DNA of 64,000 nucleotides. It comes from Sminthopsis crassicaudata. Taxonomy: Eukaryota. Under the pieces are notes generated by a model that saw nothing but the letters and a program-made list of their open reading frames with translations, did no database searches and was not told the origin of the DNA. Each line of letters starts with the position of its first letter. Positions within the stretch are counted from its first letter, which is position 1. The DNA is taken from contig NC_133618.1 of NCBI RefSeq assembly GCF_048593235.1, positions 389,750,562 to 389,814,561 of the forward strand. Reading direction: 5' to 3'. Below are positions 35,511 to 52,133 of this stretch, one piece after another. The translations under genes were made by a program, and so were the position numbers.

Positions 35511-37943
35511 AATTATTTTTACAAATAGTTGGGGAAAATGTTATTCAAAAATTTTCTTGGTTGTTCTTGTCCCACTCCATTTACATATATGCATGAAGAC
35601 AAAAGAATATACATATTTGACCTATATTTTATTTGTGAACATGTAGTAATTACCCAATAGAAGGCAAGTTCTTTGAAGGCAGACACTGCCAGATCTAGCA
35701 CAGGGGTTGGCACGTAGTAGGCAATTAGATTTTTATTGATTGACTTGGATATCCCTGCCTGGTATAAATTGCAGAGATGGAGCACAGTTCAAAGGTAAGC
35801 ATGGGCTGAAAAGCAGGGCCAGAAACTAAGAGGTAAAGATGATGGAATACAAGCAAGGACACAGCTGAACTATCCCGATATCCCTTTCCAAATAACTTTA
35901 AAGTAATGCCTCAAATAAAATTTTGAATTGGCAGAGCCAATAAAAGTTGCCTAAGACAACTTAGGGAAGTCTGAAAAAGAGGTCTGTACCACTAGGGTGA
36001 GTGTAGCCCCTGAGCCACAGTAGGAGGCAGCTGCAACAGTGGCAGTAACAGCAGCAGCTGTTTCAGGACCTCAGAGCCCATATACTCTCTAACTGCCCTA
36101 ATAATGATAAAGCTCTTCAAGTCTGACCATTTCATCATTCTCTGCACTTTACCCTTGAATCAAGATGGCTCACTCTATGTACCCAAGACCCTCCAAACCT
36201 TTCCTCCATACCTCTTATATCTGGAGTACTCTCCTCTTTTTTTTTGCCTATCCAATTACTATTCTTCAAAGTCAAAGATAGTAACTTCCTCCACGTGGCC
36301 TTAGCTGACCCTCCAGAAAGTCATAAACCTCTTAAGATTCATATAGCATTTCATGAGTCTCTTCTGTACTTTCAATAGGCAAAATGCTATGATAAAGAGG
36401 AAAGTCTGAGGTGGAGATGGGTTCAGGTCTCCTTTGAAACATCTAGCTATATGTCCAAGGGATAAATCACATCATCTTAATGGCCCAGGCAATTAAGATA
36501 TCAATTTACAGATGAGTTGCCGATCTGCATCAATCTGCAGAGGAAGTTTCTACACTGGGAACTCTCTACTGAGATAAAATCAAGTCTGAATTGGTTCCTC
36601 ACCCTCTTCCTTCTCCAAATTTGTTAGGCAATTATGTTATTAGTTAGGCTTGCCTTATTCCAAGTACATACAAGAGACTGAAAACAACTAATCATCTCTT
36701 AGAAACTTGTTTCTCTCTTAGCACCTATGCTCTATACAATACTTTAAAATTTATTAAATGAACAAATATCTACAGGATCATAGGATGTTAAACTGGAAGG
36801 GGCCTTGGAAACCTAGTCCAATCCATTTATTTGGTGGAAACTGAGGCACAGAAAAGTGACTCACCACGATTACACAGTACAAAAGACATTCTCTAGCCTC
36901 ACATTTCACATCTTTCACAATTCAGCTTCCTAGTAGTAATAAATCACGTCATTTACTCCTCTTTTCCACATTCCATTATCTAGACAAACAATTCTTAGCT
37001 ATTCCCTGATCTAATTCCTGTTTGCTCTCTACAATGTCCTTCTGTCTGTGGAAAATCTTGTCTTCCTTAAAGGTTTATAAATGCTACAATCTCTATGAAG
37101 CTTTCTGTGCTTCCTCCCCTAATTCCCACTGAAAATTATTTTAAAGCAGTAGTACTCAGACAGGCCTTGGACCATTATTGCAAGGGATCCATTTAAACAT
37201 AATGCTTTTTAGAGACTGATTGATGAATAAGCAATGATTTCACTTGTTATGGGGAACTCCTAGATCTATGCTTAGACTGCAATTTATAATCTAAAAAGAG
37301 TTGTCAAAAGAACTGAGAAATTAAGGAATTTGCTGAGGGTCATCCCATCATTTGAAGCTTCCTCTTCACTTAAGACCAGAGGTCCTAAGTGTGGCCTTAA
37401 TCAGATAAAAATGTAGTTGGGAAACGTTTAACAAAATAAAAAATGCAACACAATGTTAATTTGTGGGGAGGTTTTTTATGTCAACATACCACCCAGATAC
37501 TATCCATTTCTATTTGAATTTGACACCACTTACTAGACTTCTCTTTAGGACTGTTGTGAAGCTCCAAAGGAGTGTGTATGTGTGTGTATACACACACACA
37601 CACAAAGAACTTTCTTTTTTTGGCAAACTTTCTACACATTCATTTATTAATATTCTATACTTATTTGTACCCTTCCATTAGATTTTAAGCTCAAGCACAG
37701 GAATTCTCATTTTTCACACTTGTATTTCCAGACTTGCACTTCTTGAACAGGAGGTGTTTAATATTGTTAATATGAATTGATGCTTGGGAAGCAACAAACT
37801 TGATATTGATCCAGAAGGAGGGACAAGGCCCTTGGATTTTCTCAAATTGACTGAGAAGGGAAGGTTATATATTTGGGGCGTGGAAGAGGTGTGGGCTAAA
37901 ACCTCACAAAGAAGACTGGAATGAACGAATACTGTTCCAATGC

Positions 37944-37949
37944 TTTATT
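37944..37949 (-). terminator. DIAPH1 polyadenylation signal AATAAA
   Basis: Minus strand ttgttcacaactgttAATAAAgcattggaacag, about 2 kb after the stop. Confidence 0.75.
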
Positions 37950-38070
37950 AACAGTTGTGAACAAATAAATCCAACAAATCAGAGATGATGACATGTCCCA
38001 GAAGCCCAAAAAGCAAGGGAAATAGATTTGTATCTTGCCCTTTATTATTATTATTGGGTTTTTTTTTTGT

Positions 38071-38101
<31 letters not shown>

Positions 38102-39903
38102 TCAAATGCATCTTAGCAAAAGTGATTTAAAAAAGAAAGGTTCAAAGTTTGACTGTCAGCCAGTAGGGAGGGACAATGGGAGTAGCAAGTACTCCTCATG
38201 ACACAGCATCTGAAAAAAGTTCTCACAGCAGCTGCTGTTGCCCCAAACCTTAGGCCCAGGATTTTTGACCTCCCCAACTCCCAGAATTCCCTGTCTTTGA
38301 GCCTTCTAGATTTTCTCCTCAAAGGGTCCCATTCTCCTCTTGTCTATAAGTAAGGAAATGAAGGGGACATGAGGAGGGCAGGGATGATTCAAGCTGCATT
38401 TGGGAATTCTAGGTTTACCTTTCTAGGGGATATGGCACAACAATTGTATCCAGTGTAGGGTGAGGGCACAGTGCCTCTGTATCCTACTTACATGATTCTA
38501 CCCTTCCCCCTACCCCAATCCCTTAATCCCTTAATCTGGACCTCTCTCTTCCCCCATAGTGCCCAGTTAGCATTTGCACATTTGGCTCTTCAAATATATT
38601 AAATTTATAAAAAACTCAGCAGTACCTGGGTCCTCTCAGCTCCTTGGCCTGGCCTTGTCTGGTCAGGGAAAAAGTACCAAGTCACCCATAGACCTCAGAA
38701 ATTAATAATCCAGAACTACTGGCTGGGGGTTGGAATTTGAACTTGCCCATTAGGACAGGATCAGATGAGGCCCTCAGATGAGGCAGGTCCTGGTTTCTGG
38801 GGATAAGCAAAGGGGAAAAATTCTAGGAACTCTGACATTCAGGAGGGAGAGGGGGCAGGGATCAGAGAAGAGAGAGCTTTTTTTTTTAATATTTTCTAAA
38901 AAACAACATCTTATACAAAAATAGATCCATTTGCAAAACAATTTCTTAGCCAGGAGGCTCTGCCTCCCCTTTCCCTGGAGACTTGGAGAGGGTGGGGGCC
39001 TTGTGCAGCCATATAACAGCTGAAACTTCCGATGGGGATGAGCCAAGACCCTAAGAATAACAAGGGCAGTGGATATCAGCAATGAAGGGGCATGTGCAGA
39101 AGACAGAGGGAGGGAGGAGGTAGGGATGGTAGCAAGGACACTCAGTTAAGCTGAGGATGTGGAGAGGCTGTCCTGTCTTGATGCCCTGTTAGCAATGCCC
39201 AGACTCTAGGATCATTTTTCCTCAGGTGCTCTACTTCATGCCATAGATGAATAGTGGTGGTCCGGTTCTTTTTGCTTTGTGAAGTTGGGGTGAGGAAAGG
39301 GTCCTTCCCTGGGGGTGGGAGCTGCTCCTCATTTCTTTAGAAGAAGCAGCCAACACCTCACCACAAATAATAAATATCAATAGCAAATGGAGAGAGGGAG
39401 AAGAAAGCAGAAGTGGCAGCAATGATAGGAAATATAAGAATATGGTCAGGTCAGGAAGTTCAAGAGCCCCATGCGGTTCCTAGGGCCAGAGAAGCCACAG
39501 CAGGGCACTAGACAGCAGAAAAACATGAATCCAGCAAGATTGACCTTGGGGTGAGCTCCTTTGGAGCCAGGGACTGAGGAAGCAGGTTGGGCATGCCCAA
39601 GACCTGGCAGCACAATAACAAAGGTAAGACAGGGTTAAGGCAGCATAGATGGTCCCTGCTTTGGTAATGCAACAGCCAGTGCTGAGTGGGCATCCAGGGC
39701 TTCTTCCACTGTGCCCTTTCCTTCTTGCCTCCAGACAGCTGAAGCTGTGTATGCTATACAGAGAGCAGCAGGCCAAAGAAAGGAGGCAGGGAAGGTTGGC
39801 TGCCAAAGAGGAAAGTCCACTTGACCCCCTAGGCTCATGCTGCAAGACAGGGCTGCCTTGGGCTCAGCTGTTCAACCAGTGTTGCTGCACAGCCCAGGCC
39901 GAG

Positions 39904-40155
<252 letters not shown>

Positions 40156-43100
40156 CTAATGTGTGTACTGTTCTGGACAAATAGATTATTTTAGAGAAAG
40201 GGAGATCCTGCAGCATGTAGAATTATTAAAGAGTCAACAGTGGAGAGGAAGAATTTCTTGGTGAAATAAGGACAAGATGGTCAAGTGAGGAACAAAAGAG
40301 TGTAATCCATCTTGGTCACAGCTAATTCACTTGTCAGTAAGCCATTCAGCTAGTCACAGCCAGGATAGCACAGCCAGGACAGGGACCTACCCTAAAGGAT
40401 AGGTATCCTTATGCAGATAGCAAAGCATCTCCCATAGCCAGAGGCACTAGAAAAGGCTGTTTAACAAGCAGGTGCACATCTTGCATTCAGATGACTGTCT
40501 TAATTGATCCCACCCTCAAGGAAAAAAAAAGGATCTATACTTCCTAACATTCCACCTATTTTATAATGAACAATATATGATCCTTAAGCTATGGATCTTT
40601 TTTCAAAATAAGCCAGGGTGGACAGAGTTGTCTGCAGACTGCAGAAGTCATTAGGTGGATCCCATAAAGCAGGGATTCTTTCCTTTTTGGGGATGCTATG
40701 GGGCTCTTTGGCAGTCTGACAAAGCCTATGAATTCCTTCTCAGAGTAATGTTTTTCAATGTTTGTAACTGAAGGAAGGAGATGCTAAATCTGTTCATAGA
40801 CCCTTTCTAAGTTAAGTTCTAACTTAAGTTTCTAAGTTCTTCAAGTTAAGAACCCTATTATAAAGCAATCTGAGGCTAAAAGATGAGGTTTCATTCTAGT
40901 TGCTGCTCCAAGACTGCCACTGATAACAACCCAAATTCTCATGCTAATGACTGTAGTTAGCATGCTCTCTCCCCCTGCTCTATCCACTGGAATTTCCACA
41001 GAGGCTCCTAAGTCTGTAGGGTATGTTTCTCACAACTTCAGTGCCCCTAGCACATAAAGGCGACTCTTCAGTACCACATATTTCTGCTGCTACTGTTCCT
41101 TCCCACGGCCTCTAAGTACAAACAGAATGTATTTGGAAGTATGGGAAAATGGGGGAGGTTAGGATAAGGCAACATGAAGGATGGAGCACAGTGAGGTAGC
41201 TGAGGGAATCAAGAGGTGAAGACAAACCAAGGAGAGTAAAATTTGCTCTAATCTATATATGAGATATTCCTAGAATTTCTGCCCTCTCTGTAGCAGCAGA
41301 ATATCTTCGAGGAAGAGCCAAACTAGATTAGAAAGCTCAAGTAAGCACAACCTTCTCTCCTCTTCTTCCTGTGGCTGCCAGCTATGCTAAGTTCTCAGCC
41401 TCATCACTACCCAAATCCACTGCTCCTCTCACATGTAGAAACTACTAATGGGGCAATCAGAGTAGGAAGCACACATAACATGGCCCCAATTCATCAGCTC
41501 AGAAGTCCCCTCTTCTTTTTCTACTTACTGGCACAAAAAATACTATCTAATAAGGATGAGGAGTACACATATTTTCTAAGAGCAGTTCTCTAATATTCCA
41601 GTTGGCTGGACTTCAGTTTCATCACTTCCTAGGCAGTGTAAGGCATATAAGTCTTGGGAGTTCCATAGATAATGAATATGCTTGAGGGCTTTTTTCTTCC
41701 CTCAAAGTGTTGCTGTAAGACCCTTCAATTTCCTGGACAAGATCACCAAGTATCTTAGAAGAAGAGACTAAGTTTCTGATATATATATTTAATAGACATT
41801 CCCTTTCCATATATTCTGCTCTAACTAAAGTGCTAGGAACCCCTTTAACTTTCAAAACTACCCAGAATCATTTGTCACTGTTTTCTTTGCATTTCTTTTT
41901 TGTCCTTCTGGTCCACTTCTGATTTCTAGAAAAAAGAGGCTCAAAAACCACGTCATTTGTCTGACTTACAGTCAACCTCTAACACTGAGATAATGTGTCT
42001 ATGAGGACATCTTCGTATATCTAAAGGACAAGACACAGGGAAGGTAAAATTTCTGACTCTAGACCCAGGAAAAATAAAGGTCAAACTTAAAGGGATAAAA
42101 AAAACCTTGTTTTTGTCAGGGGAGTTTGGGGCAGCTATTCTAAGAGAGGTCTGGTCAAAATAAGAGACAGAAGTGCAGAAGTCAAAGTTTAAATGTTGAG
42201 CCATCTTGAAATGTTTTGTTCCTCATTTTCTTTCTTTGTAGAATAAAACTGCTGCCTCTGCCCAGAAAAAAATTTTGAGGACAAACCCCAATATTTACAG
42301 ATATTAAAGAACTCATGAAGCTTTCCAGATCAGATAAAATCTATTCTTAAGTCATCCTAAGACTAATAATTTTCATTTAAGACATGGGAAGCTAAAGCAA
42401 TAGGGAAGAGCATAATATAGCTCAAGGTCAAACAGCAAGCTAGTATCAATTCTGGCAACATTATGGAACCTAAATATCTTGATTCCTACTCTATCTTGTC
42501 TGTTGTGATAATGCTAAGTAGTTTGAATAGCCAAGATCAAGGTGACTGCTTTAATCCATCCCTCATTAGCTACTTGATGTTATATAACCCTGGAAAAACT
42601 AAAAGCTTGACAAAGATACAAAGAAGTATATTAAGCCTATGAGATGGTTCTCCTTATGAAATTTTATTCATATTAACAAATAATTATTATAAGTATTCAT
42701 AAGAAAGAAAATTCAAAAAGGGAAAAAAGTCAGCAAGAAGCAGCTAAACAATGTTGGAGATAGAAAAGGGTTAATGAGATGGGAAAAGGATTTTATAGAA
42801 TACAGGAAAGGAACTAGTTAAAGGAAATATGTATTTTAATAAATTACCCAAGGGAAGAGGAAACTGGGACAGATGGGACAGTCATAGTTATACTAAAAAT
42901 CTCATTCATGTCCTAATAAATTCCTAATTATATATATTGTCCTATTTTTTGCTTAGTGGGTATTTTCTTCTTATCAGAATAATCTAAAAAATTTGGAAAA
43001 AATAAAAGTCCCATTGAGGCAATTTCATTACTATACTGTTCTTTTATCTGATAGCAGAAAAAGGTCCTCTGGACTAGACTAGAGAGGGTTTTGCTGTTAT

Positions 43101-44577
43101 TTTCTATCTACTTGTGACCAACTAAAGTAAGAGCTGAGAGAATTAGGAAGGAGGGCTAGAAATAGTGGAGGGAAGGGAAGAGGGAGACGGATTTCTTACT
43201 TCCTTTAGACTCTTGTGCCATTGAGCAGATGGCCAGTATAAGAGGCTATGATTCAAACACTGAAATAAAGTTGAATCACTAAAACCACAAACTGACTTAA
43301 TCATCAGCCTGAAAAAGTTCCTTCAGGACAATTACAGAGATTCTTCTCCTCCACACTTAAGCCATTGTTCTTGAACACTGCAGAACACAAAAATCTGGGC
43401 TCTGTTTTTAATGAACCAGCCTTGAAAGTCCCCCTTTTTCCTTTTTTTAGACCACTTCCCCCCATACCCAATAAAGGGTCTTTGTATGATGGTCACTCCC
43501 TAGAGGCCGGTAGATTTTTTCCATTCCTTTACATTCTAGGGAAGAGCCGCTGATGTCTTTGAATAAGGACAGCTGCCTCCCTGGGAATGAGCAGTCACAG
43601 ACCCAGCCTGTGAGGAAGATGTATAAGCAATGCCTCTGTTCAAGGCAATAAGCCAGATAATACAGCCAAAAAGGCAGGCAAGAACAGAGGACTCTACAAG
43701 GATAAGCTAGAAGTCTTAGAGGGAAGATACAAAAACCCACCATCTCAAAGCAAAAAAATTATTAATCCTCTGTATCTCCTATGTTTATAATTAAACTGCT
43801 TACAATTAGATTGCCACAAAATTTTTACAAATTGGAAAATGTGAGGCACGAAAGTTAAGTGACTTGTCTTAGGAAAACATGGTTAGATAATCAGGACTCC
43901 TGACTATCAGTCTACTATGCTTTTCACTTTAACACTTAGTCTTTACTTTTGTACAATCACAGTTATCATTTAAAGGGGCCCTCATTGAATACAGGTCAAA
44001 AATTCTCATGAAGGCCAATAGATTTCCCATTTTTTGAGAGAAGTATAACATTCACATAGAACTCTTTAAGTGTTAGAGAGCCAAGGGAAACCACCAGGGG
44101 TCTGAGTATGCACAGGAAACATTTGGGAAGCACCTGAGATTCTATTAAGACATCTCTCTCTCTAGGGAGATGGGAATTCCCCATGGAAGCCTATTGTCAG
44201 CATTCACAGATGAGAGTGGTAAAAAAAGAAAAAAAATTTTGAAGGCCACTGCACTTAAGAATTGTTTGAGCTGTTTATTGTGCAGCTAGAGTATATCTCA
44301 TATGATGTGAATGTATTACTGTCTAGAAGTTGACAGGAAAAATACTGTTAGTCATTACTTAATTTTATAGGCAAGGCCCAAGCAATACTGATTCAGTCTA
44401 CTCTTCCTTCTCCCTACCCAAACACTCATAGCAAAGTGCTCCACCCAAAAATCATATTGATCAGGCTGAGAAGGGCTGGAAAATGCTTAGGAAAATTCTT
44501 TTCCCTCTTATCTCCTACCTCTCAAATCATCATTTCAGTAAATTTCTCTACTTCAAGCTCTAGGGATTCAGTTTCTT

Positions 44578-44749
44578 TTCTTTCTTTCTTTCTTTCTTTC
44601 TTTTTTTTTTTTTGCTGAGGCAATTGGGGTTAAGTGACTTGCCCAAGGTTACATAGTTAGGAAGTGTTAAGTGTCTGAGGATGAATTTGAACTCAGGTCC
44701 TCCTGACTTCAGAGCTGGTGCTCTATCACTGTGCCATCTAGATGCCCCT
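44578..44749 (-). mobile_element. WSINE1/SINE1-type SINE with 15 bp TSD
   Basis: TSD gggattc(a/c)gtttctt at 44563 and 44750; T-rich tail on the left. Confidence 0.85.
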
Positions 44750-46054
44750 GGGATTCCGTTTCTTAAGCAAAATTACTAGGATTGAGACTGTGCTATAACC
44801 AGGAATTCTAGCATCAAATTATATTTTCTATAGTAATTTCATTTCTAATTATTTAAGTGATGGTAAGAGATGGTAAAAAGTTCTAATTCAGTAAATACAG
44901 ATTGGATTTCTGGATTAGGAGTTGATCTAAAAGTCTATCTTGTAAAATATAGATTGCGATTAAGATATCCAATACTGCATGCCCCATTTCTGGTAGCTGA
45001 ATTCTCCAACTTATAACAGGTTAACAGGTAACAAATATGCCATGTTCTCACTTGAATGGAATTGGTTATATCAATTATGGTGGCAGTTTACATATAGGCC
45101 CCATTCTTCTTTTCCAGGATGATTCCAAGGTTAAAGATGAGATAAAGTAGAACCAAAGAATTTCGCAGAGAACAAACAGCACTTAATACCTGCCTCTATA
45201 GTTGTGAAGTTATGGCTAAAGGAAGCCTTTAGTTGTCATTTCCTTCCATTCTGGGAAAGAGGACATAACTCTTAAGAGTCAAATCATATACCAAAGTTAT
45301 CATCAGTCCTGAGAAAACATCTTCATCAAAACTGGTGATGCATCTATAATTATGGTGCTTTTCCGTGCTGAGAAGAAAGAGTAGGAGCCCTAGCTATCCC
45401 CCTCCTCCCTTTTTAATTAGGTCCTTTTCCCATTTCCTTAATAATTCATCCTATTTATATCCTTACCTAAATAATATCTCACTTCACCTTTATTCTTTTC
45501 TCCAGGTATTCTTGTTCAACATTATATACTCAACATTATCAAAGGCAAGGTGTGGTGGGAAAGCCCACTTCTAGACTAGATAACTTTCAAACAGGCATTA
45601 TAAGATCCTGTGACTCCAGTGTCTACCTCCCATTCCCAGCTTTAAACTTTGAGTAGGTCATATCTATTCCTGTGTTCTCTCACGTGTCTGAGCGTTTCAC
45701 TCTCTTTATCAGCCCTGATTCTGATTACATATATGTACAAACTCCTTTATGTCCACAGAAACAAAATGCCTTCCTTGTGCTTCCCTTTGCTCCATGAAGG
45801 GAGAAGTCAAACCAGAGCTCTCCTTCAAGTTAGCAGATGAGCTCCAGATGTTGATAAAAAGATAACTTTCTCTAGGACTATGTGAAGGAGATTTGGATAA
45901 GGTGGTTTAATTATTCCCAGACTTCCAATGCTAGTTCCCTTCATCAACAAATTAGCTTGGCTAATTCCTTTTCCAGTGTTTAGGATTTGTGTCCTTAATC
46001 CTAGAGCATAGAAACCTCATAGCTATCAGCACAAAGTCACCACCAATTCCCTCA

Positions 46055-46189
<135 letters not shown>

Positions 46190-46943
46190 CTAACACCCTC
46201 TTATTCCAAAAGCAGCCCAGGCTTTGTCAACCATCCTCCCCCTATCACTTTCCACCACCGCACAGATAATGAATTGTGTTTGGTCTTTACTTGTTCCATA
46301 TGGTTCCAAATCATAACAGATGGGTGTAAAAAGGCAGAAGAGATTCAAAATCTAAGTTATGCATATTTACATATTACCTCAATGTTACTGAAATAAAAAT
46401 TTTTAGCCCTGAAACCCCTTTATTAGTGAGTATTGTTTGTCCCTTACTAGGATTTTGGGTTAAAGGTATTAAGGTGAACAGTAGAGGCTCTTTTTCTGGG
46501 AGATATATCACACCTCCAGGCTCATCCCTCTCTTTTTAGTCAACAACAGGATAAAGAGTTGCTGATCTTCAAAGCAGACACTAAGATTAAAATGGTAAAA
46601 AGAAACAAACTCCCTTCCCCCAACCCTTTAAGGCATTCTGCTTAAATGTCTGCAGCAGGGATCTGCTCCCCTTTGCGGAGTTAAAAGAGGCCGGAAGCTA
46701 CAAATAAATGGTCAGCTTATACACAGGTCTTATCCTCTAACAACAGCTTCCTCCAGAGAGCCACATTCCATTTAGGCCCTCTGTAATACATTGAATAATT
46801 CTTATAGGTACACAAGGAGTTAATGTAGAATCCTTGCTCAGGGCCCAGGTCTGTTTCCATGGCAACAGCTCCTGGGTGGTGAAACCTGAAACTGCAAAAT
46901 CCCCAGAACAGCTGTCATTTCCAAGGCTCTGGCTAAATGTTCC

Positions 46944-46980
46944 AAGCGCCATCTGCCTGCTGAAGAGAACCAATGCAGCT
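46944..46980 (-). promoter_or_regulatory. CTCF motif, reverse orientation, with upstream module
   Basis: Minus strand CTGCATTGG-N7-CAGCAGGCAGATGGCGCTT versus consensus TGGCCACCAG(A/G)(T/G)GGCGCTA. Confidence 0.6.
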
Positions 46981-47033
46981 GACCTATATTCCAGCTCAAT
47001 TGCTGGCCATAGGGAATGACAGGGCACAGGGAT

Positions 47034-47052
47034 ACTGCGCCTCCTGCTGACT
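47034..47052 (-). promoter_or_regulatory. CTCF motif, reverse orientation
   Basis: Minus strand AGTCAGCAGGAGGCGCAGT; retains a CpG in a CpG-poor intron. Confidence 0.5.
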
Positions 47053-48450
47053 GGGCTAAATCCTAACATCACTTACATGCTAGCGATAAAGGATGAAAGG
47101 ATTTAAAGACAGAAGGTCTGACAGAGGTCCCCTCATGTCATACTTTCATTTTACCCACAAGAAAACTAAAACCCCAAAAGGCCGACTTCCCTAAGGTCAG
47201 TGAAAATTCTGGGATCTGAAACAGTCTTCTGAATCCCAATTCCATCTTGTTTTCACTCTAACATGATGTGTTCTCCCACCCCCAGTACCTAGGACTGGTT
47301 CCAGTTCTGTTCCAGACCACAGACAGATACCAGAGGAAGGGATTATGACAGAACATTTTCTGTGATCCTTGCTTTGTAGCTAGAATAGCTGAGATGCTGA
47401 AAAGCAAATGAAATTAGGTGGGCTGAGACTTGACATAAACTTTGTTACAAGGCTATGGGCTAGAAAAGGGCAAAGAAATGGGTTGTTACTGCTCCTTCCT
47501 TTAGGTTCTGAGAGGTAGGCTGTTATTGAGCTTTGTATCCAACAAGTGCTAGGATTGAAAAGGTTCTGAGAGAAAAACAATAAACCTTTAAAATCAGTTT
47601 CCAAAACAAATCCCAAATAGACCTAAATAGTACAGGACCAGGAACAGTCTTTCTTGAAAAACAAAACAAAACTCTAGCTTTAATAGGGTACAAACGGCTC
47701 AGTTTTCCTGAACTAACTTAAATTAAAGGCCTGGAATTTCAGAGGCATAAGTCCCTAACTGTCAGGTGGAAGGAACAGCCAAAGGAAAGAGAGGAAATAT
47801 CATGGTAAATTCAGTTGGCTACTGATAATGTTAAATTTAATTTAAAAGTTAAATTTCTGCAGTCACCAACATGAGCAGTCAGCCGTGGGGGGGAGGGGAA
47901 CAGGAAAGGAATCAGGAGCAGGAAAGAAGCAGAGGCAGGAAACAGGGGCAGTAATTGAGGCCATATGTTTCAACAAAGGAATGCTTCTGGAAGGGGGGGA
48001 TAAAGAGGGAGAGTGTGTGTGTAAGTGTATGTGTATGTGTTCCCATGTAAGCTTTTGAGCCACATGTTAAACAAAGGAATGCTTCTGGTAGTAAAAAATG
48101 GATACCGTCTGGGAAGAGTATGTGTTTGTGTTATGGTTTGCAAATCCATACTTTGTAGCTGTTTCCAAATCATGATAATGAAGAGGATTGGAGGAAAAGA
48201 GGAAAAGTTAGGAACTAGGGGAAGGATGATACTGCCGCCACAGAAGACTTGGTAGAGGCCTAGGAGGCCATCTTGGAGATAATGCAAGCAGAGTTCTGCA
48301 GGGTGTGAGAGACCAGAGGAATTCCTGAATAGGTAGGAAGGAGGAATATGTGTTACAGTAACACTAAAATTATTTAGTAACAAAAAATTATGAAAGGGAG
48401 GAGATTGGACAATTAAGAAAAGAAGGTATAAAATTTTTAAAAAATTGGAG

Positions 48451-48601
48451 GGGGGCAGCTAGGTAGTGCAGTGGATAGGGCACCAGCCTTGAATTCAGGA
48501 GGATCGGAGTTCAAATCTGGTCTCAGACACTTAACACTTCCTAGCTGTGTGACCCTGGGCAAGTCACTTAACCCCAGCCTCAGAAAATAAATAAATAGAA
48601 A
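48451..48601 (+). mobile_element. WSINE1/SINE1-type SINE with 13 bp TSD
   Basis: TSD taaaaaattggag at 48438 and 48602. Confidence 0.88.
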
Positions 48602-48696
48602 TAAAAAATTGGAGGTCTAAAAGAGGAAATTAGAGCACACACAAAACTGATTTGAGGAACCAAAATCTCAGTTATTTGAGTCCAGCTCAAAGATCA

Positions 48697-49578
<882 letters not shown>

Positions 49579-50124
49579 TTAGCCTAGGAGAGCAGCTCTT
49601 CAAGCCAGTAACTTTCCCCTTCCTAACTTCTCTGAATACTTGATTACATTTAATTCGGCACTTTTTAATATTTGACTTGACATATCTTTCAATACTCTCT
49701 ATTATGTACAAGTCTTATTCTTGCATCTTGCAAGATTCTAAGCATCTTAATGACTAGAATTGTGTCATGAGTTTATTTGGCAAACCCCAATATCTCAATT
49801 GCCAGAAAAATCAGAAATGGTCAATATTTAACTAAATGAACTAAGCTCTTCCCCTTTAGGCCCTGTGGTCTTGGTCCCATGCCTGTCAGAGGAGTGGGAT
49901 TTAGGAGTAAGGAAACTTGCATAGAAACATATAGCTAAGAAAGTGCTGCCTGTATAATATTTTGAATTACTTCTACTCTCAAAAGAAAATGAATGGTAGA
50001 ATCAGCTTTTCCTTCAGCAGAAGGCTAAATTTTCTCTGCCTTCTTCCCTAATAGTGACGTCTTAGCTTTTGCCAAGAAAGTCTATGTTTTCTGAATGGGA
50101 AAACCAAGAATTGAAGTCTTATAT

Positions 50125-50299
50125 CAGTGGTCCTCAAACTTTTAAAATAGGGGGCCACTTCACTATCCCTCAGACTGTTAGAGGGCCAGACTATAGTAAA
50201 AACAAAAACTCACACTCTGTCTCTGCCCTTCAGCCCATTTGCCATAAATGTCCTCAGCGGGCCGCATCTAGCCCGCAGGCCGTAGTTTGAGAACCCCTG
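50125..50299. mobile_element. Non-autonomous hAT MITE (Charlie/OposCharlie1-like), 175 bp
   Basis: TIRs CAGTGGTCCTCAAACT / CAGGGGTTCTCAAACT (14/16 match); 8 bp TSD-like tcttatat / tcttaaac. Confidence 0.8.
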
Positions 50300-50484
50300 T
50301 CTTAAACTAAAAACAAGTGCCTTTCCTCAAGATAGCTTTCTTTTTATTGTGCTGCTAATTACTTTCCTCAGTTTCATACACAGAAGCTCTTCTCCATTTT
50401 ATATTTTCACAATGGACTCATGTGCCCCCCTCAATATCACTTCTAAACCCAAATGTAATCATTAGTTTGAGACAATGAACTCTA

Positions 50485-51098
<614 letters not shown>

Positions 51099-51340
51099 CT
51101 AGAGCATAACCAGGCAAAGAAATAGTAACTGGGAGGAGGTGGGGGGCAAGGGAGGCAGGATTCAAAACCATTGGTCAAGTACAGAATCTCAAAGTGGGGT
51201 AAGGAAAAAATACTAAGTCTAGGTTTAAGACAGAATAAGGCTAACAGGGTGAGGAAATAAAATGGTCACTACACAATAGGTAGATAGAGATAAACAGACA
51301 GATAGCTTCTCCCCATGGGGTAAGGAGTTCCACTGCTTTA

Positions 51341-51637
<297 letters not shown>

Positions 51638-52133
51638 TCATTTTAGTTGAACATATCTCTTAAATTGTCCTACTGATCCCATTCAATGTTCAAGGATCAA
51701 TATGAAGGAAAACTACAGGGTACATTACCTGTTTTATGAGAGAGCCAACTCAAAAGATTAATAAGCTTCTTAAGAAATACTTTTTAAAAAATCTTTAAAT
51801 TTTATCCTTTAATTTGCTTTATTCTTTAAATATCCTTTAATATCTTTTGTCCTTTAAAATAATTTATATTACTTTATTATATTATATAAAAATACTTTCT
51901 CTGCAACTTAAAGAGTTTTATAGGATTGTTCAAGGCCCTAAGTTAGTATGTGCCAGAGGCAGGACTTGAAACCAGGACTTCTTGGCTCCTAGGCCAGATT
52001 TTTTATTTACTGCAATATTCTGCTTCTTCTGTGTTAATATAGAACAGAGGTGGGGGTAGGGGGCAAGAGACACACTCAAATTTATCTTTAGATTTAATAT
52101 TAAATTAATTGAAATTATAAGTAAGAAAATATA

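Noticed and set aside
36015-36033. Forward CTCF-like ccacagtaggaggcagc
   Set aside because: Weak match inside probable old LINE-derived sequence.
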